A DNA stretch of 34,102 nucleotides from a virus. Lineage: Duplodnaviria; Heunggongvirae; Uroviricota; Caudoviricetes. Position numbers and translations under genes: made by a program. The DNA is taken from IMG/VR virus record IMGVR_UViG_2778261316_000008. One strand, written 5' to 3'. Numbering within the stretch: position 1 is the stretch's first letter; each line of letters starts with the position of its first letter. The notes below the pieces were generated by a model. That model saw only the letters and a program-made list of their open reading frames with translations, was not told where the DNA came from and did no database searches. Below, piece after piece: positions 26,541 through 34,102 of this stretch.

Positions 26541-27424
26541 TGTTTGCGGTACTGGGTGATATTGAGTTTGAACTGATTACCTACTGGGACGGCTTTGAGG
26601 CCACTTTCGGTGTCGATTATGCGGAACATGCCCGCATAGAGGGTAAGCCCGGCCTGCAGTTCGTCGGCGACAAGCTGGACGAAATCCAGATAAGCCTGGT
26701 CTTCCATCAGCATTATTGTGTGCCCGACGTGGAGCTGGCGAGACTGAGAACGGCCATGAAAGCCCATCAGGCGCTGGCACTGGTTTTCGGCAACGGTGAC
26801 TATCGCGGCTGGTTTGTGATTACCGACGTGACCGCGACCAGCGAGCAGACCGACAGCACAGGCAACGTGCTGGCCGTCAATGCCACCGCATCTCTCCGGG
26901 AGTACATCGGCGACCCGAAGAACCCGCTACAGCCTCCTGCGATACGCACGCAGGTTCCCGGCGTCGGGGCGGTCTCCGGTGCCGTACCTTCTCCCTCCGG
27001 GGTGGCGCAGTACGTTCGCGACGGCGTCAACTATGCCAAACAGGCGCAGTCTGTTCTCCAGACCACCATCAGCGCCGTTCGGGTGGCGCAGAAAATGAAG
27101 GATAACCCCGCCGTCGCGCTGACCCGCGTGCCGGGGCTGATGAGCGGACTGGGCAACGTGTCCGGGGCGTTAGGCCAGAGCGTTCCGGCATTCAATGCGC
27201 TCTCTGAATCCATGCCTGATGCCATCAGTCTGGCCAGAGCCACCAGCGATGCGGCCACGTATGTACAACAGGCACAGTCTTCGCTGAGCGGCGTGGACGG
27301 CAGCAATATCGCGGCAGCGCTGGATGCCGTTTCCGGGCAGCTTAACTCCGCCAGCACCACCTTCACTCGTATGTCGCCGGGGTTAAGCACCATGGCAGCT
27401 AAAATTCTGGCGAGGAGTGTGTGA
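26540..27424 (+). CDS. DNA circularisation protein (Mu N-like)
   Basis: 294 aa immediately after tape measure (TAATG overlap). Confidence 0.65.
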   Translation: MFAVLGDIEFELITYWDGFEATFGVDYAEHARIEGKPGLQFVGDKLDEIQISLVFHQHYCVPDVELARLRTAMKAHQALALVFGNGDYRGWFVITDVTATSEQTDSTGNVLAVNATASLREYIGDPKNPLQPPAIRTQVPGVGAVSGAVPSPSGVAQYVRDGVNYAKQAQSVLQTTISAVRVAQKMKDNPAVALTRVPGLMSGLGNVSGALGQSVPAFNALSESMPDAISLARATSDAATYVQQAQSSLSGVDGSNIAAALDAVSGQLNSASTTFTRMSPGLSTMAAKILARSV

Positions 27425-27636
27425 TGTTTCTTGAACATGTTACCCGTGACGGAGAGCGCTGGGACTCTCTGGCATGGCAGTACTACGGCGACCCACTGGG
27501 CTATCCCCGGATAATTGCCGCCAATCCGCACGTGGCCATTACGCCGGTGCTGCCCTCCGGGCTGTTGTTACTGATCCCGGTTATCGAGGCTGAAGAAGCC
27601 ACCACAGAAGAGGATATTGCCCCATGGCTGAGATAA
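27424..27636 (+). CDS. tail protein X-like (gpX family)
   Basis: 70 aa, WDSLAWQYYGDP motif typical of P2 gpX-like proteins. Confidence 0.6.
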   Translation: MFLEHVTRDGERWDSLAWQYYGDPLGYPRIIAANPHVAITPVLPSGLLLLIPVIEAEEATTEEDIAPWLR

Positions 27637-28793
27637 ACAGCACTGCACAGGTCGCATCAGCGTTAACCGGCGTCAGCGATGTTCTGAGTCCGGTGTTCAC
27701 GCTGTGGTATCTGCAGAAGAACATCACCACCGATATCGCCCCCTATGTCACCCGCGTAACCTACAGCGATAACATCAAAAGCGAGTCCGATACCATTGAG
27801 GTGGAGCTGGACGACACCGATGGCCGCTGGCTGGATAAGTGGTATCCGGGCAAGGGTGACACGCTGACGCTGAAAATGGGTTATCAGGGCGAGAAGCTGC
27901 TGTCCTGTGGTACGTTCTCGATAGACGAGATCGAGGTGAGTTCGCCCGCGTCCGTTGTCGCTATCCGGGGCGTGGCCACGTCGGTCAACAACGCCCTGCG
28001 GACAAAATCCAGTCGTGGTTTCGAGAGCACCACGCTGGCGGCTATAGCCGGACGGATTGCCAAAAAGCATCAGCTGAAGCTGGTTGGCAGTATTGAGTCC
28101 ATCAAAATTGACCGGGTGACCCAGTATGCTGAAACGGACGTGGGCTTCCTGCGTCGACTGGCCAGCGAGTATGGTTATGCCGTGAAAGTGGTCAGCGACC
28201 AGCTGATTTTCTCTCATCTGGCCACGCTGCGCGATCAGGAGCCGGTAAAACAGTTGAAGCCACAGGATGTGGCCAGCTTTTCCCTGCGTGACACCATCAA
28301 CCGCGTCTACAAATCCGCAAAGGTAAAACACCAGAAGAGCAGCGATAAAAAGCTGATCGTCTACGAAGCTGATGGCGGTACCAGCGAAAGCGACAAACAA
28401 ACCAAAGGCGGTAAGGTCACCAGTGCCGACTCACTGAAGGTCAACAGCCGCGTCAGTGATCCGGACAGCGCCCGGATTAAAGCAGATTCGGCGCTGGCCA
28501 GGCATAACGAATACCAGCAGAACGGCTCGCTGTCGCTGATGGGGACGCCTCAGTTGACTGCAGGCAACAAAATTGAACTGGTGGGTTTTGGTCAGTTATC
28601 CGGGCCATGGCTGATAACTACTGCCCGCCATGCGTTTGACCGTAACAGCGGCTACATCACCGAACTGGAAGTGGCACGAGGGCCGGTTACGCAGGGCAAA
28701 GCGAAGAAAGGTAAAAAGACCGGAAAAACCCAGACGCTGACCGTCTATAAACCGGACGGCAGCACGTCCACGGTAATAAAGGAGAAAAAATAA
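27624..28793 (+). CDS. tail/baseplate hub protein (Mu P-like, late control D family)
   Basis: 389 aa; position between gpX-like and spike. Confidence 0.75.
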   Translation: MAEINSTAQVASALTGVSDVLSPVFTLWYLQKNITTDIAPYVTRVTYSDNIKSESDTIEVELDDTDGRWLDKWYPGKGDTLTLKMGYQGEKLLSCGTFSIDEIEVSSPASVVAIRGVATSVNNALRTKSSRGFESTTLAAIAGRIAKKHQLKLVGSIESIKIDRVTQYAETDVGFLRRLASEYGYAVKVVSDQLIFSHLATLRDQEPVKQLKPQDVASFSLRDTINRVYKSAKVKHQKSSDKKLIVYEADGGTSESDKQTKGGKVTSADSLKVNSRVSDPDSARIKADSALARHNEYQQNGSLSLMGTPQLTAGNKIELVGFGQLSGPWLITTARHAFDRNSGYITELEVARGPVTQGKAKKGKKTGKTQTLTVYKPDGSTSTVIKEKK

Positions 28794-29305
28794 TGGCAGG
28801 CGTCACCCGTCAGGTCGGTACGGTCAGCGCCGTCGATGCCGACAAGGTTCAGGCCCGCGTTCGTCTGCCTGAGTGCGATAACCTGCGCACTAACTGGCTT
28901 AACGTACTGCAGCGCAACACCCAGGATAACAAGGATTACTGGCTACCTGACGTGGGGGAGCAGGTTGAGGTGCTGCTCGATGCCAACGGCGAGGATGGTG
29001 TCATTCTGGGCGCGGTGTATTCAGACGTCGATAAGCCACCGTTCAGCGACAAAAACGTCCGGGGCACGAAATACGCGGATGGCGCAGAGTTCAGCTATAA
29101 CCGCGCGACCCATACGCTGACGGTCAAAGGTGGTATCGAGCGCGTAGTAATCGAGGTTGCGGTAGGTATCAGCCTGAAGGGGAAAACCATTGATTTGACC
29201 GCTGACACCACCACGGTGAACGGCAACCTTGAAATCAACGGCAATGCCCACTCCACAGGCAGCATGCTCTCTGACGGCCAGAACTCCAATCATCACTCCC
29301 ACTGA
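28793..29305 (+). CDS. baseplate spike protein (gpV-like)
   Basis: 170 aa, AAGGAG RBS, position. Confidence 0.7.
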   Translation: MAGVTRQVGTVSAVDADKVQARVRLPECDNLRTNWLNVLQRNTQDNKDYWLPDVGEQVEVLLDANGEDGVILGAVYSDVDKPPFSDKNVRGTKYADGAEFSYNRATHTLTVKGGIERVVIEVAVGISLKGKTIDLTADTTTVNGNLEINGNAHSTGSMLSDGQNSNHHSH

Positions 29306-29317
29306 CCTTCTTAAACG

Positions 29318-29355
29318 CCTTTAATATCGGCGTTCCCGCACAGGGGCAATACTGC
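29318..29355 (+). promoter_or_regulatory. candidate activator-dependent late promoter element (copy 2)
   Basis: CCTTTAATATCGG-N18-ATACTGC, matching the block at 23502-23539. Confidence 0.45.
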
Positions 29356-29359
29356 CCCC

Positions 29360-29707
29360 ATGAAAACAACTTCCGTATTCTGGCAACCGGCCCTGCAGGC
29401 CCCTGGCGAAATCGTCCGGGGGCTGGATGATATCTGGCAGGCCATTCAAATCATCCTGCGAACTCCTCGCGGCAGCGACCCGCATCGCCCGGAGTTCGGC
29501 AGCAACCTGCATCTTTATATCGACTGGCCCATCGACCGGGCTATCCCACATGTGGTGCGCGAGTCCGTTGATGCCATCCGGCGCTGGGAGCCTCGCTGCC
29601 AGCTTATGTCGGTTAAACCCGCCGTCGACGGTGAACATCTTACGCTCCGGGTGAGCTGGAAAGGCTCTGACGGACAGCCCCGGACTCAGGAGCTTTTATG
29701 GTGCTGA
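29360..29707 (+). CDS. baseplate wedge protein (GPW/gp25-like)
   Basis: 115 aa; IWQAIQIILRTPRGSDPHRPEFGSNLHLYI pattern typical of GPW/gp25 family. Confidence 0.75.
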   Translation: MKTTSVFWQPALQAPGEIVRGLDDIWQAIQIILRTPRGSDPHRPEFGSNLHLYIDWPIDRAIPHVVRESVDAIRRWEPRCQLMSVKPAVDGEHLTLRVSWKGSDGQPRTQELLWC

Positions 29708-30801
29708 CAGAACCCGATTTTATTGAACGCGATGCCGACAAAATCACGGCTGAAATGATTGCTCAGTACGAAGCCGCAACCGGCAAGACGCTGTACCCCG
29801 CCCAGGCTGAGCGCCTGTTGATTGACCTGTGGGCATACCGCGAAATGCTGGTCAGGGTAGCGGCGCAGGAAGCGGCCAAACAGAATCTGGTCGCCTTTGC
29901 CCGTGAGCCGATGATTGATTACCTCGGTGAACTGGTCGGTGTTTACCGCCTTGCCGCGCAGCCTGCCACCACCACTCTCCAGTTCTCCGTGGATGAGGCA
30001 CTGGCCATTGATGTGCTGATTCCGGCAGGCACCCGCGTCAGCGCTTCCGACAGCATTATTTTTGCCACCGATACGGACGTGGTGCTGAAAGCCGGATTGC
30101 TTCTGGTCAATGCCACGGCCACCTGTACCGAACCGGGAGCCGCTGGCAATGGCTGGCAACCTGCGCAGGTCAGTCAGTTGCTCGATGAGATTGATAACGT
30201 CGACCTGCAGGTGACCAATCTGATGGCAAGTTCTGGCGGTTCAGAGCAGGAAGACAATGACAGGCTCCGCGAGCGTATCAAACTGGCCCCGGAGTCATTC
30301 ACCAACGCCGGAAGCCGTATGGCATACCGCTTTCATGCCATGCAGGCCCATCCCAACATCGTCGACGTCGCTGTGCTCTCCCCGGTTCCCGGCACCGTAG
30401 AACTGTATCCGCTGCTCAGTACCGGCCTGCCGGAGGACAGCATCCTTACGCTGGTAGAGAGTTTCTGCTTGGACGAAAAAGTCAGGCCGCTCACTGACAC
30501 CGTGCGGGCTAAAACACCTGTGCAGGTGGATTACGCCATTGAAGCCAACATCACTATCTATCGTGATCAGGATGCCAACTCGATAAAGGACAACGCCAAC
30601 AGCGCCATACAGAACTGGGTGGCGTCCCGTACCGCCACGCTGGGGCGCGATATTGTCCCCAGTCAGATTATCAGCGTGCTGTCCGTTGCCGGAGTGTATC
30701 AGGTCGAACTGGTGACACCAGTGCTGAAGGTAGTGGCAGAAAACGAATGGGCAAACTGTACGGCGATCACTCTTAACATGACCGGGGTGTCCGATGGCTG
30801 A
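29698..30801 (+). CDS. baseplate J-like protein
   Basis: 367 aa following GPW-like gene with overlap. Confidence 0.8.
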   Translation: MVLTEPDFIERDADKITAEMIAQYEAATGKTLYPAQAERLLIDLWAYREMLVRVAAQEAAKQNLVAFAREPMIDYLGELVGVYRLAAQPATTTLQFSVDEALAIDVLIPAGTRVSASDSIIFATDTDVVLKAGLLLVNATATCTEPGAAGNGWQPAQVSQLLDEIDNVDLQVTNLMASSGGSEQEDNDRLRERIKLAPESFTNAGSRMAYRFHAMQAHPNIVDVAVLSPVPGTVELYPLLSTGLPEDSILTLVESFCLDEKVRPLTDTVRAKTPVQVDYAIEANITIYRDQDANSIKDNANSAIQNWVASRTATLGRDIVPSQIISVLSVAGVYQVELVTPVLKVVAENEWANCTAITLNMTGVSDG

Positions 30802-31372
30802 GCCGCTACAACTCCCGCCACCGCTTGAGGGTGATATCAGTCTCAGAACGCTGGGAAGACTCGCCGGGCGGCTGGATAACATCGACCTGAGCGTACTGAT
30901 GGTCTATCTCGTCGATATTGTCGACAGTTCCGCGCTGCCATGGCTGGGCGAGCAGTTCTCACTGTTCGGCGATGGCTGGGAGCTGGCGGAATCTGACGAT
31001 GTACGCCGCATGCTTATCAAATCCGCTATCGAGCTGCACCGCTACAAAGGGACGCCGTGGTCAATCAGGGAAATTATCCGCCGTTTCGGCTTCGGCGAAG
31101 TGGATCTGATTGAAGGCACTGGCCAGATTGGCTACGACGGCAAACACACTTACAACGGGCTTTTCGTTCATGGCGATGCGGAAGCCTGGGCGGTATATCG
31201 CGTCATCCTTCAACAGCCCATCACTAACGATCAGGCGGCGCTGTTACGCCAGACGCTCGCTGCTTTTGCTCCGGCCCGCTGCCATCTGGCAAGCCTGGAG
31301 TATCAGTCTGTCGCCATTCGCTACAACAACACCGTCAACTATGACGGCAGCTATAACCACGGGAGCAGTTAA
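30794..31372 (+). CDS. tail protein (P2 gpI-like / Mu gp48-like)
   Basis: 192 aa, position between baseplate J and tail fibre. Confidence 0.65.
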   Translation: MAEPLQLPPPLEGDISLRTLGRLAGRLDNIDLSVLMVYLVDIVDSSALPWLGEQFSLFGDGWELAESDDVRRMLIKSAIELHRYKGTPWSIREIIRRFGFGEVDLIEGTGQIGYDGKHTYNGLFVHGDAEAWAVYRVILQQPITNDQAALLRQTLAAFAPARCHLASLEYQSVAIRYNNTVNYDGSYNHGSS

Positions 31373-31374
31373 TT

Positions 31375-32208
31375 ATGGCAAACCTACCTGAAACCCCGCA
31401 GTGGGAAGAAGGCATCTACCAGATTGAGGTCTCTGACCCCGTTCTGGGTGGGCCTGACGGAATCTCTAACCGTCAGGGTAAACAACTGGCCAGCCGCACG
31501 CTGTACCTGAAGCAACAGGTTGAAAAAGGCGGTTCTGAACTTGCGAAACACATCGCGGCAGCAGACCCGCATACCCAGTACGCACCGAAAGCCAGCCCGA
31601 CATTCACCGGCACGCCAACAGCGCCTACGCCTGCAAATAGTGATAACAGCAAGAAGCTGGCGACGACAGAGTTTGTGGCCAAAGCACTTGCGGCGCTTGC
31701 TGGCAGCGCTCCTGAGACGCTGGATACGCTCAAAGAGCTGGCTGATGCCCTCGGCAACGATCCGAATTTTGCGACCACGGTGTTGAACAAGCTGGCGGAA
31801 AAGCTGGCCAAAGACCAGCACGGCGCAGATATTCCTGACCCGGCGCTCTTTGTCAAAAACCTTGGTTTGGGAGAATCGAAGTATGTAATTAAACGGGGAA
31901 CAAATGCTAATGGCGCCTGGATTATCTGGTCAGATGGAGCAGTCGAAGTTTTTGGTTCTGCCGTAACAATTGTTGATGGACTTGCGACAGTAACGTTTCC
32001 AGTGCAGCTTCCTGCTGTGACGAGAAATATTTCTATTGCAGAACGCATATCGCAAGACCCTGGAGTATCACCAGCATCAAACCCGATGCACGTATCAATA
32101 GTAATTGATAACACCGTCACTACGACTGGCTTTAAGGCCCGTTGTGTTATGGCGTCGGGCATGGCTTCATCGAATGGTTTTTCCTGGAGGGTATATGCGC
32201 CTGTTTAA
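31375..32208 (+). CDS. tail fibre protein S (constant N-terminus + variable C-terminus, current orientation)
   Basis: 277 aa; gix-like crossover site lies inside codons for KNLGLG (aa ~160); C-terminal ~115 aa encoded in AT-richer invertible DNA. Confidence 0.75.
   Translation: MANLPETPQWEEGIYQIEVSDPVLGGPDGISNRQGKQLASRTLYLKQQVEKGGSELAKHIAAADPHTQYAPKASPTFTGTPTAPTPANSDNSKKLATTEFVAKALAALAGSAPETLDTLKELADALGNDPNFATTVLNKLAEKLAKDQHGADIPDPALFVKNLGLGESKYVIKRGTNANGAWIIWSDGAVEVFGSAVTIVDGLATVTFPVQLPAVTRNISIAERISQDPGVSPASNPMHVSIVIDNTVTTTGFKARCVMASGMASSNGFSWRVYAPV
31853..31870. repeat. hix/gix-like recombination site (left inverted repeat)
   Basis: TCAAAAACCTTGGTTTGG; 14-bp core AAAAACCTTGGTTT is the perfect reverse complement of 33441-33454. 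Confidence 0.7.
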
Positions 32209-32380
32209 TCCGAAAATGTTAACTGAGGTTATTCCTGGATTTCATGACACCACTGATGCAATTGAATTGCCGGATGACAACTGGTTTTTCACAACAACTG
32301 AAATACCTGAAGGGAAAATACTCGCCGCAAATGAACGCGGCGAGCCCGTTCTGATTGATATTACTGTCCCGGAGGAGTAG
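32195..32380 (+). CDS. small ORF downstream of S (possible short or truncated tail fibre assembly protein)
   Basis: 61 aa from ATG 32195 with GGAGGG RBS, 14-nt overlap with S; no clear Tfa C-terminal domain. Confidence 0.35.
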   Translation: MRLFNPKMLTEVIPGFHDTTDAIELPDDNWFFTTTEIPEGKILAANERGEPVLIDITVPEE

Positions 32381-32957
32381 GCCAAATAATAACCGGTGCG
32401 CTGGCGGTGTCAACGCCCTCCAGCGCATCCAGATAATCAAGCCAGGCATTATATTGTTCTTTTTCTGCGTCCTTCAGGCGACCCATTGCTGCTTTACCAG
32501 GCCATTGCTTACCATTCATAAAGTCATTGGCCTGGCTAATCAGCGCCTGTAGTTTTGTTGCCGCCACAGAAATATCATATGCGCGCTGAGCTTCGGGATC
32601 GGCAACCCATTTATTACCATCCCATTTATCAAACTTTGTAGTTGGTGCTTCAAAAGTAAAGCCTTCACGCAACGGTCCAATATATTCGATAGTCACCGGC
32701 TTCCCGTTACTGGTGGTGTATGCTGTTTCTCCACGATGGTCTTCTTTAAGCACCCACTCAGATCCAGAAAAAATAAATACCTTCCCTCCTGCTTCGGCCC
32801 CTGGTTCTATCGCCGTAGAGCATCCGGGCATACTGACACCGATGTTAATAAACTCGTCAGACCATCCCATATATTCAGAAGTCACAGCGTCGTAGTAATA
32901 ACAGCGGATTTCACCCGGTTCTGTTGCCAGTCCGTTTACATCGAAAACAGGTTTCAT
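32361..32957 (-). CDS. tail fibre assembly protein (Tfa/U'-like)
   Basis: 198 aa; EDHRGETAY...GPLREGFT...KWDGNKWVADPEA matches conserved Tfa region. Confidence 0.75.
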   Translation of the reverse strand: MKPVFDVNGLATEPGEIRCYYYDAVTSEYMGWSDEFINIGVSMPGCSTAIEPGAEAGGKVFIFSGSEWVLKEDHRGETAYTTSNGKPVTIEYIGPLREGFTFEAPTTKFDKWDGNKWVADPEAQRAYDISVAATKLQALISQANDFMNGKQWPGKAAMGRLKDAEKEQYNAWLDYLDALEGVDTASAPVIIWPTPPGQ

Positions 32958-33472
32958 TATTTAGCCCTTACAAGAAAGTTGAATGCAATATTTCTTGGGC
33001 GGCTTTCCGTGGATGTTCTGGCAACCCTCGATAAATCAAAATTGAATGTAGAAGTTGATACGGTTCCGCCTGGTGCCGGGGGGGCCAGATTGCCCTGAAC
33101 AACGCTGCGAGAAAATACCCCCAACGCATCTGTATTTACCCCTGTATAAAGATCAACGAGATAACCAGTAACATTCTGAATGGCGTCTCCCTGCGGTGAA
33201 AGCAGGGTTCGCCCATTATCTATCCCACGTCCATCATCCCAGACACGCAGAAACTCTCCTCGCAGATCTGGCAATTTCAGGCCCGGCCAAACAAGGGCCA
33301 ATTTTGGGTAAGTGGTAGGGGAAAATGTTGAGTCGTTAAACTTAAGGAACACCATGTCGGCCCATTCCGGCATCACGGTATTTGGCATGGCAGAAGACGG
33401 CCAAAAAAATGGAACTCCTATCGGTGGTGCACCTGCTCCTAAACCAAGGTTTTTGGAAAAGCAGTTACACAT
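32957..33472 (-). CDS. alternative tail fibre C-terminal segment (S'v)
   Basis: Begins ...FSKNLGLG at the right gix-like site (same KNLGLG as in S); C-terminus ...TESRPRNIAFNFLVRAK matches P2 H / Mu S-type fibre tips. Confidence 0.7.
   Translation of the reverse strand: MCNCFSKNLGLGAGAPPIGVPFFWPSSAMPNTVMPEWADMVFLKFNDSTFSPTTYPKLALVWPGLKLPDLRGEFLRVWDDGRGIDNGRTLLSPQGDAIQNVTGYLVDLYTGVNTDALGVFSRSVVQGNLAPPAPGGTVSTSTFNFDLSRVARTSTESRPRNIAFNFLVRAK
33439..33456. repeat. hix/gix-like recombination site (right inverted repeat)
   Basis: CTAAACCAAGGTTTTTGG; core AAACCAAGGTTTTTG is identical to the core of hixL as I recall it (TTCTTGAAAACCAAGGTTTTTGATAA). Confidence 0.7.
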
Positions 33473-33520
33473 AGAGAAATCTGCAAAAATCCTCCCACTA
33501 TGATGTGAAGGAGGAAATTG

Positions 33521-34102
33521 ATGGCCGTTATTGGTTATATCCGCGTATCAACAATCGACCAGAACAGCGATTTGCAGCGTAATGCACTCACAAGCGCAAA
33601 CTGTGACCGCATTTTTGAAGACCGTATGAGTGGAAAAGTTGCCAGTCGCCCTGGTCTTAAAGGCGCTTTAAAGTGCATTAATAGCGGAGACACCCTGGTA
33701 GTGTGGAAACTGGACAGGCTGGGACGTAGCGTTAAGAACCTGATTGCACTCATATCAGAGTTACATGAACGTGGTGCCCACTTCCGCTCTTTAACAGACA
33801 GTATTGATACCAGCACTGCCATGGGGCGCTTCTTTTTCCATGTAATGTCGGCATTGGCGGAGATGGAGCGCGAGCTAATTGTCGAACGGACACTGGCCGG
33901 GCTGGCAGCAGCCAGAGCACAGGGACGCGTAGGTGGAAGGCCCAACGCATTAAAAACCCATGAGCGAGAGCAGATTGGGCGGCTATTGACGAAGGGGCAC
34001 ACCCGCCAGCAGCTGGCAATTATCTACGGTGTAGGGTTATCGACGCTTTACCGATACTTTCCGGTGGATGGTCATAGGAAGGATAACGCAGCAGGAATGT
34101 AA
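33521..34102 (+). CDS. gin: Gin/Hin/Pin-family serine DNA invertase
   Basis: 193 aa; GYIRVSTIDQN with catalytic Ser, VWKLDRLGRS, C-terminal HTH (GRPNALKTHEREQIGRLL...LSTLYRY); GGAGGA RBS; stop is the last codon of the window. Confidence 0.9.
   Translation: MAVIGYIRVSTIDQNSDLQRNALTSANCDRIFEDRMSGKVASRPGLKGALKCINSGDTLVVWKLDRLGRSVKNLIALISELHERGAHFRSLTDSIDTSTAMGRFFFHVMSALAEMERELIVERTLAGLAAARAQGRVGGRPNALKTHEREQIGRLLTKGHTRQQLAIIYGVGLSTLYRYFPVDGHRKDNAAGM

Larger units (their letters stand above)
31853..33456. other. invertible tail-fibre host-range segment (G-segment-like)
   Basis: ~1.6-kb segment bounded by inverted hix/gix-like sites, carrying alternative fibre C-termini and assembly genes on opposite strands, adjacent to a Gin-family invertase. 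Confidence 0.7.
1..34102. mobile_element. Mu-like transposable prophage, internal block (both ends outside window)
   Basis: Co-occurrence of DDE transposase + AAA+ transposition ATPase, Mor-family activator, GemA-like protein, DUF3486/large terminase/portal/Mu-F-, G-, I-, T-like head genes, contractile tail and baseplate genes, and Gin invertase with invertible fibre segment; genes tightly packed with overlapping stop/start codons (ATGA, TAATG). Confidence 0.8.

Noticed and set aside
27663-28400. 245-aa ORF on the minus strand
   Set aside because: Antisense to the Mu P-like baseplate hub gene.
1-34102. CRISPR arrays, tRNA/rRNA genes, prophage terminal repeats or attachment sites
   Set aside because: No regularly spaced direct repeats, no tRNA-like or rRNA-like sequence, and no Mu-end-like transposase-binding repeats were recognised by eye; the prophage ends probably lie outside the window, so no boundary is called.

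Overview
The window reads as one contiguous internal block of a Mu-like (transposable) prophage from a Gram-negative, probably enterobacterial, host; neither prophage end is in the window. It has two divergent arms meeting at a repressor/operator junction near 8.1-8.2 kb. The minus-strand early arm (1-8114) runs Ner-like regulator, small wHTH protein, 302-aa coiled-coil protein, DDE transposase, AAA+ transposition ATPase, a run of small accessory genes (DUF3164-like, Zn-ribbon, MazG-like, DUF2786-like, small membrane proteins), GemA-like, Mor-family activator and a short DUF3486 paralogue. The plus-strand arm (8203-34102) runs XRE-type repressor, a low-GC lipoprotein moron, a convergent Dam-like methyltransferase, a lysis cassette (holin-like, membrane-anchored lytic transglycosylase, nested Rz/Rz1-like spanins), DUF3486/large terminase/portal/head genes, sheath/tube/chaperone/tape-measure/baseplate genes, a Gin-invertible tail-fibre segment flanked by hix/gix-like inverted repeats, and a Gin-family invertase. 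Divergent arms differ from the co-linear layout of Mu itself and resemble what I recall of BcepMu/SalMu-type phages (from memory, unverified). No rRNA, tRNA or CRISPR array was recognised. All family assignments come from reading the translated ORFs and motif recall; no database search was run. I did not find a clearly novel multi-gene system; the best candidates for new biology are the repressor-linked lipoprotein moron, the early-arm small-gene cluster, the two extra genes between the Ner-like gene and the transposase, and a conserved bipartite promoter-like element repeated in the late arm.
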